Source: Kudoa neothunni (taxonomy: Eukaryota > Animalia > Cnidaria). Taken from it: a DNA stretch of 64,000 nt. The stretch is from positions 14,386,261 to 14,450,260 of the forward strand of contig OZ199838.1 of assembly GCA_964304625.1 (NCBI GenBank), given 5' to 3'. Of this stretch, positions 13,601-24,692 are shown in pieces. Every line of letters starts with the position of its first letter. The first letter of the stretch is position 1. The translations under genes and the position numbers were made by a program. The notes below the pieces were generated by a model that made no database searches, was not told where the DNA came from, and saw nothing but the letters and a program-made list of their open reading frames with translations.

Positions 13601-15017
13601 GAGAAAATCTAATAGAAATTTTTCTCAATTTAGATACAAGATCGGGAGATAGAAGTTGTAATAGAAGTACTAACTTTATCATATTGGTTTTACCGACAAT
13701 AGTTTCTATGGGCGAAAGATCTGGCTCCAGTTTTTCTAATATCAGATCGAAAATTTGGCCCAACTATTCGAATCCAAATAGCAATAGAGAACGAATATAT
13801 TTATGATTACTTTAATCAAATATGTGTATTCATATATGAAATTGTTGGCACTAACAAAAAAATATATTAACAGAAATTAATGATGTAGTGTTTACTTAAA
13901 ATAATAGCATCCCTCATTAGATGGTGATTTATTCTGGTAATATTTGAAGTCATCTGAAAATAAATCTAAGAATAGTTTCATATTTGCACACCATAAATGA
14001 GGTAGGCTGTTTAGAAATGTGTTCCAAAACTAAATAAATAAACAACATAAATTCGTACAGTATAACATCAACTAAATTTACCTTAAATCGATCTTGTCTA
14101 AATTTTTTAAATACACCAAGAGGCAATAAAAGCTCATCCACCAACGCAGGATACTGTCACACTTCATAATATAATGTAATCGTACAGGAATAATTACTTT
14201 AGAAAACAGTTCACAAAATTCCTTAAATCTACACAGACTGATAATATCGTCCAAAACTAACGCACCTATTATCGGCTGAGACCTGCAATTTCATTAACAG
14301 GAAATTAAACTTTTTCAACAGTTGCTTAGTTGCTATTTAATTCGACTATATTAAGTCTTTGCATATCTATATTTAACATACTTGAGTTTAATTTATTTTG
14401 TGTGTTATTGAACAATTTTAATGATTGTGAAAACTCATTTGGTTTCATCACGTCATCAAGGCTATTATTCTCCATAACTGACAGATATCTAAAACAAGGT
14501 TAAATCATCACAGAAAAGAAAATTTCACAAATCACTTGACATATGCATTTCTTATGAACACATCAAAGGCATCGATTTGATTTAAATCTATTAATAATGG
14601 TTGATCGTTCTGATAAAAGAGTCGTTTCGCAATCGCACACCAACCAACTTCGCATTGTTAACCTTTACAAGGGTAATATCAGGGTGATGTTTTTTATAAA
14701 AATAAACACAAGTAAATATTAATTAATTAATTCTTCTATAATTCGTCAAAATGACTTAATCTGTGGTTATTACAACGTGTTAAATTTACCTTATGGTAAC
14801 CGCCGTACTCGATATTGACCAATAGATACAATTTATATAGATCTATTTTTATAGATCCAATTGTCAAAATTGCATTCGACTCCAAAATCTCGCCAACATG
14901 CTCCTCATCCAGTAAAACACTCAATTCTACGCAGAATTTTTTACGATCCATTATAAGAGCTATTTCAGTCTTATTATCTGATCTTGATTTTTTCTCTACA
15001 TCAAAATCTATAGACAT
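10610..15017 (-). CDS. ARID2: ARID2/BAF200-like PBAF subunit, multi-exon (at least 3 apparent frameshifts)
   Basis: N-terminal ARID domain (IDLYKLYLLV..YGGYHKV....WCAIAKRL...AYVKYL), then YPALVDELLLPLGVF and FWNTFL. The C-terminal SIRETVLRILKNICKFSPCG (~10858-10799) matches the ARID2 IRLTAALILKNIGKYSECG motif. Last exon ends at TAG 10610-10612. Start codon and exons between 10890 and 12340 are uncertain. Confidence 0.75.
11150..11215 (+). mobile_element. Solo hAT/Buster-type terminus inside the ARID2 long intron
   Basis: cagtggttcttagccttt...ggacccc resembles the CAGTGGTTCTTAACC terminus at 16200. A similar solo end lies at ~22657. Confidence 0.45.
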
Positions 15018-15647
15018 CTACCAATATATTATGCTACGCCAAACAAGAATTTATTTATGGCGTTAGTGGCTCGGGGCGATTCGGAGGGTGTCGCGCCATT
15101 AACTCTATTGGGTCTTACGTGTATGTATAGAGCGATTCAAAATTGAATACTATTGCTTTATAAGATTCAAAAGATATATGCCGACCAGCCGTTACATTTG
15201 AGAATTGGTAGATCATCAAATTTTAAGCTATGAACACATTGAGAATATATTTCATGTAGCATCTGTTTTAGGATTTTTCGCAGTGAAAAATTTTTACGGA
15301 TGATCTTAACTACAATAACTATTAATGGACCAATCTTTGCGGTTGGCGGTAAACCTCTAATACCGACAACTTTTATTCATCCGCAATAAATTCCCGGATG
15401 AGATTTGCTGGATCCTCACGATCCAGTGCGATCAATTCTGAGCTTGAGGATTTTTAAATCACGGAGAACATCTCCTGATGTATTTTATCGATAGAAAATT
15501 ATTGTTTAGGTTGGATGTTAGTTTTCAATGGAAAGTGCATAAGATGCTTCGTTGATCAATCGGAATATTTTTATTGTTAATATTAAGTTAGTTTTGTACT
15601 CTAAAATGAATTACCATGAGGTATGATTATTGTGCGCATGGATATAA

Positions 15648-15735
15648 CGCACTTTTTTAAAATATCATTACAGTCAACAACAGTTATTTGCGCACTTTTT
15701 TAAAATATCACCACAATCAACAACAGGTATTGCAC
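15648..15735. repeat. Two-copy 43-bp tandem repeat
   Basis: cgcacttttttaaaatatca(tt/cc)aca(g/a)tcaacaacag(t/g)tatt at 15648 and 15691. Confidence 0.85.
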
Positions 15736-16199
15736 ATTTTTTGGAGATTGGCAAAAAGTTACGCAATATCCACCTAACTGCGCGCGTGTAAGATAAAACT
15801 CAAGTAATACCTTGAAAACAAACTGATTAAGATTTACTTTTCGAAAAAAATGTTATAAAATGATAGTTCCTGGTATACTTTACAATTTTAAATATCCTAA
15901 CCATCACTGGGTAAAAATCATCCAATCCATTCGAGGTTTAAGTTAAATTAAATTGTTCTTCGTATTTCCGATTTTATAAGCGACCAGAAAAAATTGGGCA
16001 GTCCAAGATTTGTCGTGGAAGTCGACGAAAGTTTTTTGCAAGGTAAACGCACCAAAAATAAATGTTGAGATTTGGAGCTCTACAGTTGGGAGACTTCCAA
16101 AATTAAAAAGAGTTCAAGTTTGGTCAGATGTATTCATATCTCCAAGTAATTTAGTTTCGATCAACTTTACATCGAAAGTTGATGGTGTAATGTATAAAG

Positions 16200-18468
16200 C
16201 AGTGGTTCTTAACCTTTTGGGAGTCGTCGAACCCCCAAACATAAACTTTTTAAATTTTAAATAAAATGAATTATAATTTAATCAATATTTTGCACATCAT
16301 AAAAATTGCAAAATGTAGAAATCAAATTAATAAAAGCTAATTAGTGCGATTCTTGTTCTTGTTTTTTTGCAACCAATTCCGTAATACGAGGAAAAATGTT
16401 GGAGAGAGCAATTCGCATATCGCTTTCATAGAAAAGCTTATTTCTTAACTTACTTTTTATGGTGACCAATCTTGAAAATGATTGTTCGCAAAGGTAAGTT
16501 GTTATGAAAGGAATAAAAACTTCCAAAGCTTTCATCGAAATTGTAGGATACTTCTCAATTTGATTTATCCAAAAGATTGATGGTGAAACTTTTTCGAAAA
16601 GTTGTTTTTGAGTTTTGTTGTGTCGAGGTTCGATTAGTTCATCAAAGTATTTATTATTAGCATCCTCAACTGAATTATCGAAGCTAAATGGCTGCCTCAC
16701 CCAGTCGAGGAATGAATTTTTAGAAGGGAAATAGCCATCGAGTGAGTTAGAAAGTTCTTCTAAGTAAGCAGCAATTATTACCTTTAATTCACAAGGTAAA
16801 ATGATCAATTCGTCGTTATCGCCGCCATTAATATTACAAATATCGTCTAAATGTGGAATGTTTGCATAATTGTCGACCATTATTTTAAGTTTGTGTAAAG
16901 ATAATTTTATTTGGGATGCACTAAGATACTCCTCTGCCTCAATGAGGTTGACTCCATTTCCTTGTATTTGCAGATTCAAACAATTTATGGAATCAAAAAT
17001 ATTCTTTTGCCATGTATACCAAATGAAGAGTAAATTCCAAATTATTGAAACAGTGAGCATGACAATGGCTACACTCCAGAAAAAATATACCTATTTCCTT
17101 TCGCAGGGTAAAAACGAGGTTTAATACTTTTTCTCGGGACAGTCATCTCACATTTGAATAAAACAAAAATATTTCAAATTCAGAATCCACTTCGTTGCAC
17201 AAATATTTGAAGATTCGATGATTCAAAGCACTACGCCTCACAGAATTTACACAATCGACGACGATTTTCAACACTTCTGCCAGCCTTGGAGGTATATTCT
17301 TTGTTGTTAATGCATATCTATGTGAAATGCAATGCTTAACAATAATATGAGGTGCATCTGCTTTCACAAGAGTACAAAAACCAGAGTTACGCCCCAGCAT
17401 AGCTGGGGCACCATCAATGCAAATAGAAGAAGCCATATTCCATGAAAGTCCATTGTCTTTGAAGAACTCATCGACAACTTTCTTGACATCCATTGCCTTG
17501 GTAGTTGTTGTTAAAGGTTTGCAAAAAAGAAAATCATCAACTATCACAGCATTTTTCAAATATCTAACAAACAAAAAAGTTGACTTAGGTTTGAGATATC
17601 AGTAGTTTCATCGAATTATATACTAAACTTTGCTTTACTTGAAATTAGACCAGAAATTAATTGATCCAAAATATCTTTACTCATATCATCAATTCTTTTC
17701 TTAACGGTATCATTTGACAAAGGAATTCGTGATAATTTTTTTTGAAATTCTTCCCAATAAAATATATGCCATCTTCAACGCGGTAGGTTCAACGAGCGTT
17801 TCACCAATATTATGAGATTTACGTTGTTTGCCAATGAGATGTGAAACTTCATATGTTGCTGTTAAGATAGGGTTATCAATATTAACACATCCAAAATTTT
17901 GCAACGTAGTTCTTTCATCATATCTTGCTCTTTTTGCTTCAAGTTCGGAAAGAGTCATATTCCTGTATGCAGAGTCTCCATGGACATTTGTGAAATGCTC
18001 CTTTAGTTTCGCCGGTACCAAACTAGAATCATAACTTCCAGTTGCATATCATGCAAATATGTCGTTGAATACCATTAAGTTACGTAACATAGGTAAACCC
18101 GAACTGTACAAAATCATTTGACCACTTTTTTTTGTTAAATATTCAACGAGCCAATATTTGTTTCCAGTAACCCTCATAAAATTAGCAAGCAAATAACACT
18201 GCCACGCAATAGACTCTGTAACCCGTTAACGTGGTTGTACTAATCAGATAGATCGAAAAGAATTTCAAATGCTCAAATAATAATTGTAATTAAATTATCA
18301 GTAATTTTTTAATTGATCACTATTACCTTTTTAATACGGCTTCTAATTAGGATTATAAATACAACCAATAGAAGGTTTATTTAAAATATGAAAATTAGAA
18401 AGAATATTAATCCTAGATTGGATCTAAAATTTGGAATTTTTTCACCGAACCCAGGTTAAGAACCACTG
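16200..18468 (-). mobile_element. hAT/Buster (ZBED5/SCAND3-like) transposon with disrupted transposase
   Basis: TIRs CAGTGGTTCTTAACC (16200) and GGTTAAGAACCACTG (18454-18468). Minus-strand fragments 17710-18021 (PAKLKEHF..H, KSHNIGETLV), 17143-17574 (ICIDGAPAMLG, HCISHRYAL) and 16341-17060 (hATC dimerisation TTYLCEQSFS...KSKLRNKL). Confidence 0.9.
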
Positions 18469-18759
18469 ATCTAGCCTAACCTTGACCTTAATTTGTAGAA
18501 TCAAACCATTTAGACAACTTGATGATAATATCGTAATTCTGTCAACAAAATTTAAAAAAAATAAATGCAAATCCTACATTCAATTTTGTTATATTCATCG
18601 TAAGGTTTAGACGATCTTAAATAAAAACGCGCAGAAAACTTTCTTGATGAATTATTAATCTTAAGAAAATGTTGCATAACAAATAAATTATTTTCTGTAC
18701 TCAAGAGAAATAGGAATAAGAGTTAGTAATCAAGACAAATTTAATATATATTGATATTC

Positions 18760-19436
18760 ATAAATTTTATAAAATTATTTAATATATTCAATAAAATATA
18801 ACTAAAAATTTTTATTATAATTATTAACTGGACCTTGTTTTGATAAGGTTATTAATATTTTATTGGTAAAGCTTTGACTATCTTGATTATTAAATCGTTG
18901 TTTTAGATCTATGACCGTGGATAACGCCTGATAATTTCGTTTTTTAAACAAGTTGTATATGTTGCTCAAATAAATTAGAGCATAATTCATAGAAATAGTC
19001 AATTTTTTAAATGTTTTATGATTATTTGTAAGTTTCATTCTATAATGAGGCTTCATAATTGATTCTTTATTACCCGAAATCTTATTTAAAGAGGATAGAG
19101 ATTTTAAATTAAAATAATTGAGAATTTTAATTTTTCTGTTTTTTTGTTCGATATTTTTTCATAATGTGTCATTATATCCACCTTATCTTTCAAAGTACGA
19201 AGCTGCTTGGTTCTCTTCAAGTGCGCACAACCCATCATTTGGGTAACCTTATTCTTAAGTTTAACGCCCGCGAGTTATAAATTTGAGCTAATTCTTATTT
19301 ACAGCGAATTAAAACAACAACTAATGTTTTAATAATTTAGTATAATTGTTATACGTTTATTCGATTCATTTTAATTAGTAACAGTACTGTGTGTCGTTCA
19401 ATCATAGTAGGTGCGCACGAGCCGTCACCTACTGTA
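18760..19436 (-). mobile_element. pogo/Tigger-like transposon 5' remnant
   Basis: Minus strand begins TA-CAGTAGG (19436), followed by KRTKQLRTLKDKVDIMTHYE, a CENP-B N-terminal HTH-like segment (~19220-19160), and decayed downstream ORF 18802-19056. Confidence 0.45.
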
Positions 19437-20672
19437 TATAAGTAAAATTTTAATATAAATTAAAAAGTAATCAAATTATAAAGAATAGTGTGAATTTAAT
19501 AATGTAATATTTATTATTTTTCATTGATAACAGTCCATAAAAATAAATTTTTTTTTCTAGGGATAGTTCTCAATTATAAACTCTTAGAAATTATTATGTT
19601 GGTTATTTACTTATATCCCAATTAATGATCACTCTTTAGGTATAGTTTAGGATATAATTTATCAAATAACACTCAATAATTGCTTCTAATAAGATAACGT
19701 TTTCATTAAAAAAATTTGTAATAATATAAATAGTTATATTACTTTAATTAAGATAAAATATGGGTGTAAAAAGTATTATGAGTATGGAGAAAATTTCAAT
19801 ATTCTACATGACTGAAGAAGTATTAATAATAACTTATTGTTAATTTTTCTTCAATAGAATATAATTTTAAAATAAAATAAAGGTTTTTAATGCACGAGTT
19901 ATATTTGAATTTATATTTTTTCATAATGAAATATAGAAACTAGTGTTTTAAATAGAGATTATGGTGTTTACTCTACGGCCATGTACGCAATTAAGAGAAA
20001 AACTAATTTTTTAGATATTGAAAACAATTTTGATTTTCTCCAGATGAGAAGAGAAAAAAAGATTATTTTTGAACCGCTTTCATCGAACAATGATACAAAA
20101 AACTCTAAATATGGGAAGCCACACTCTCCACAATAGCTCCTAAATCGTTGCAAACTTTAATTTTTGTTTTTATTTTAAGATGGCAGAATATAAAATTCAA
20201 CCAATAGTCGCCGATGTATTGTGAGAATTAGGGCCTGAATTGTGGGAATTTGTTTTATACGCACATGCTTTGTATATCAAAAATAAAACGGCTGGGGCAC
20301 ATAAAGATTCAATTATCGATTGAAGTTGTGCGATCCGTTTCTTAATTACTTTAATAGGCCAACATTAAACTATGGGAGATACTTGACTATAATTCATTAG
20401 TTATACATTTACGAAAAGATTAAAGTGAAATTACTATTAGGACAACCGTTACATATGATCGACTTTATCCTATTATTAATATAAAAATGTTGCATATTTT
20501 GCTAACAATTTAATAGATCATCTGTTAATAGTGGTATATTTTACGCTTTGTAATAATGTTAATTGAGCTTGTTACAATCTTATTTATTCGAGAACTAATG
20601 AGTTAATTTTTTTGTGTGCATTTGATAATCCATCTTCGTCTCAATTCTATTATTCTGATTATATGTCATAAA

Positions 20673-22128
20673 ATGAAATTATTGTTATTAAAGATATTTG
20701 TTTTAATCTATTTTCAAAATATTTTGTCAGGCAAATAAACATTTTCGTACTGTTTTGATAACCTGTTAGATCCTATATTACCTTCTTATGAAAGAGATGA
20801 GGGAGATTGGCCTGTCGATGGGGAAAGAAATATGAAGAATGTCATCGATCGATGGTTCATTGACATACATGATGCTAAATGCAAACCCCTCGAATACCGA
20901 GGAATCAAAGGAAACTATAATAATTTCGCCTCAAAAGGACTATGTGAACTTCATGGTATTTTTATAAATTAAAGTAAATCTACGACCATTTCTTGAAGGA
21001 ACGTTGACCAAAAAAGAAAAACTTCAAGGGTGTAAAAAACCCCAGCATCCAGGACACTGTGTAAAAAACACATTGACAAAAACACAGTTCTACTTTGATC
21101 AAACAACCGCCAGATGTGAAGAGTTTCAATATAATGGATGCGGGGGAAGCTTCAATCGTTACAACGATAAAAATGAATGCTATTTATATTGCTTAAGTAA
21201 AATAAAATACGAGAATTTCTGACAATTTAATTATACTTGTTAGATAAAAAGAATGGTGGGCTTACAAATGCTGACGAAGTGGAAATGAAAAAAGTTGATA
21301 ATTATACAGCTTACGAAGTACCGAATTCATTGGACTGTGAGCTCAGACCTGATGTTAAAGACAAAGACCCAAGCACAGCAATTATAGCTGATATTAAGAA
21401 AAACAAGTGTGCTTTTGCAGCAGCCTCGTTAGACTCAAACACAAGAGGCATCTTCAACACGTTTGGTGAATGTGTTAAAACATGTTTTCGTATATTTATT
21501 ATTTATATCAATATCTTATATATTTCAGCAAAGCCAAGCACATCTACTGGCCCGGGTGTAACTCAGTATAACAAGATAGCAGCTGCATGCGAGGGAAACC
21601 CATTTCAAGTTCCTATAAATGAACCAGATAACCCTCAAAATTCTGTTGTATTCCGATATTACTACGATCCTGATAATAAAGTATGTAAACGCATGGAAAC
21701 AGGTGCATCAGAATTTGATTCAAAGAAAAATAATTTTCCCACTATGGAAATGTGTCATAGCTATTGCGGAGCAGGTAATTATGTTAACTCATGGTAAAAA
21801 ATGAATTATAACAAAGTTTCATGGCTATATTTTTGTTAAAAATTATTTTAAATCCGAAATATATTTAGAGGAATATAAAAAAAAAATTGTGATCGAAGAA
21901 ACTTGTGTTCAAGACAAAAAGGGTGCTACGACAAGCGGCCAAAACATATTTAAAGTCAAAAGATACTATTTTAACCATTCTAAAAATGAATGTCAAGCAT
22001 TTTATTACAAGGGATATGATGGGAACTCCAACAATTTTAAAACAGGGGACGAATGCAAGGCGATCTGCGATGGTCATTATCACGAAGAAGTTGAAGCTAG
22101 TATTATTGATACTCTTGAAACTGAATAA
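20673..22128 (+). CDS. Secreted five-domain Kunitz/BPTI-type protein (6 exons)
   Basis: Signal peptide MKLLLLKIFVLIYFQNILS, then five Kunitz-like exons, four with aromatic-rich strand and (G)NxNNF-type motifs (domain 3 is the most degenerate). Domain 2 is canonical (C..P...GHC...FYFD....CEEFQYNGCGGSFNRY...EC..YC). Phase-1 introns; intron 1 is GC-AG (20731-20769). Confidence 0.9.
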
Positions 22129-22966
22129 TTACCATTCATACCGCATTATCGTATTAAAATCATTGTAAGATTAATAAATAAAATTTCTACACCTTGGTTT
22201 CCTATATAGAAATTATCACGTAAATTTTTTGAACATGAATAGACTTCAAACAAATTATTTAGCAGATTTGTAATGTTACATGTGTGTTTTTTACGTTTAA
22301 AAATGCGTTCACATAACCCATTTTTAACTTTCTCTCTAAGTATCAATATAATATCAACTGGTCGGTTTTTGAAGCACTAATTTTTAGGGAAAAATTAAAA
22401 TAATAAGAAATTGCGGCTTCTTTTGCTGTAATGTTACTTACTTACATTCTTTTCTGCTGCTTAATAATTTGCAACGCTATGTTAATCATCATCACGAATA
22501 AAAACACTAGAAATACACAAGGTAAAATATAATAAATTAACTAATAATTGTTAGTTATTTGTGTAAAAATAGAGATAAATATAAGTTCGAAAACTTCCGT
22601 GGTTTAAGACAATCCAAACAGAAATCGACTACTTTATGACAATAAACTACAAGATTAGTGGTTCTCAAAATTTTTTTGCAATGGAATCCTTTTACATTAT
22701 TTGTAATATAATGGAACTCTTATATTAATTGAACAATTAGGGTTTCTCCAACAAACCTCAACGGATTAATACTTATTATAATAACAATATATTTTATTTT
22801 TAACGCACTCATAGAAATCGGAATAGAAAATAGTAAATATATATTTAAATAATTGAGTGAAATAAAAGTGAAACCATCTGCACTGAATTTGATCAGGGAA
22901 AGTTAAACTTAACGAATGATTTCAATGAAACCTACGGACGCAGTATTTCCATTATAACTCTTCAAT

Positions 22967-24050
22967 GGCTAATGTGGAGTTTAGTCATGTAAACCCGCTC
23001 ATACCTAATCGTAATCTTTTCGCGCTCATGCTAAGGATTAAAATTAAATCATGAATATATCTGTGCATTTGTCCGCAATTGAATCAATTGATGTGAACAG
23101 GATCGAACCATTCTTCCTCGACTGTTTGAAGTTAAATAAAAAGTACTGCATCGAATTTCTGGCATTCATTGGATTTTGAGAAAAAACAAGTGTATGTTGT
23201 AATAAGGAAATACAGTTGGTACGGCGCGAAAGATGCATTGACAGATATTCGTTCTATTGTAATCACTGTAGAAAGTATATTTCTGTCCGCAAAGACTTTT
23301 TTTGGAGGAAGTCATCTGGATCTTCCAACCATCCTAAAGATCATCTATTATTATTCCTTCAGCATCAATAGTCAACGTTTTTATGAAGAAGTCATTCACA
23401 TCGGTTCCAAAACTATAGTGGATTGGAAGAATTTTTTTAATAATATATATTCTAACCATTTGATTGAGAATTCCCTAAAGGTCGGTGGAGATAGAATTAT
23501 CGTTCAGATCGATGAATCCAAACTTCGTGAAAGGAAGGATAACGTGGGTAGGATATTAGCTAATCAAGATCAATGGATTGTGGGGGGGAATAGATGAAAA
23601 TGGCAACGTTTTCATGACAATTACAACCAAGCAGGATCTATCAACACTACACCAAATAATTCTTGAGAATGTGGAAAGGGGATCAATAATATGGTCTGAC
23701 TGCTGCAAATGTTACACGCATCCTGATGCGCACGGTTTTCTCCATGAAACTGTCAACCATAGCATAGAGTTCGTCAATGAAACTGGTGTGCACACAAATA
23801 GAATCGAAAGCACGTGAGGAGCCTGCAAAAGAAAGTTTCGCCATATTACGAATAAATCCCCTGGGCTTATACCATCTCATCTGTCGGAATATATATTTAA
23901 GAAAAAATTTCTTAATAAAGTATTTCAAGAAACATTAAACCGAATTAGTATTATTTACACATTTTGAATAACATTGTTTGTTATTACATGCGATCCGAAG
24001 ATTTGCGGGATTAGTTCGGAATAGTTACGTGCCTAAGCTCCACATTAGCC
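22967..24050 (+). mobile_element. Merlin (IS1595-like DDE) transposon, disrupted
   Basis: TIRs ggctaatgtggagtttagtcatgtaa (22967) and reverse complement ggctaatgtggagcttaggcacgtaa (24050). Transposase motifs VQIDESK, WIVGG, GSIIWSD, H.TVNHS..FV...GVHTNRIES, with frameshift and stops. Confidence 0.9.
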
Positions 24051-24231
24051 GCCAAAAACAAAAAGAATTAGCATATTACCCGCGTGCGCTAGCAGTAAAT
24101 AATCCACTACAAAAAAGTTATGGATAATTTAAACCTTAGGGCCGTATATAATTGTTAACGAGAAATATACACCAATTTTACCGTTTGTTGTGCACATGGA
24201 GATAATCATGGCACCGTCTAAGGATAGACGA

Positions 24232-24692
24232 GGACAGATAGCACATCGGTGTGACACTCGGACTCAGAACCATGAGGTAGTCGGTTCGGATCCGCCGGTG
24301 GTCAGACTACTGCTTCCGTGTCGGTGGGTCTCTATCCCATATTTGGGAGCTGTGGTTAAAGTGTACGCTCGCTGTGGAGTGGGATGCACTAGCAGCCAAT
24401 TTCGTGTGAAGTAGGTGAGCGTGAATAGGAGTTTGAATCTCTGGAACCCATCGAAAGGCAAGTAATTTGCAGTCCTCACAGAGCCAACGTCCTTAAAGGG
24501 ATAGGGTTTAGGGTGGTAGTCGCCCTGAGACGAGGGTGTTTAATGGGTTAAAGCCCCACACTACCGCATAAAGATAACGGGCGGGGTTTCATGTTACGTC
24601 CTGCAGTGCTCAAAGCGTTAATGGAAGAGGCCTGACCAACCAGAATTCCACAACCTAATAAGTTGCACCTGGGGTTTTACCTTGTAAAAAAA
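24232..24692 (+). mobile_element. tRNA-derived SINE with R1-clade-like 3' tail (copy 1)
   Basis: Pol III A-box TAGCACATCGG and B-box GGTTCGGATCC. GC-rich body. Tail gtttaatgggttaaagccccacactacc...ccttgt followed by an A-run, shared with 56949-57407. Confidence 0.7.

Noticed and set aside
15648-15735. CRISPR-like repeat array
   Set aside because: Simple two-unit tandem duplication with no spacers, in a eukaryotic context.
24232-24305. Possible tRNA gene
   Set aside because: A and B boxes are present but there is no proper cloverleaf or acceptor stem; better explained as a SINE head.
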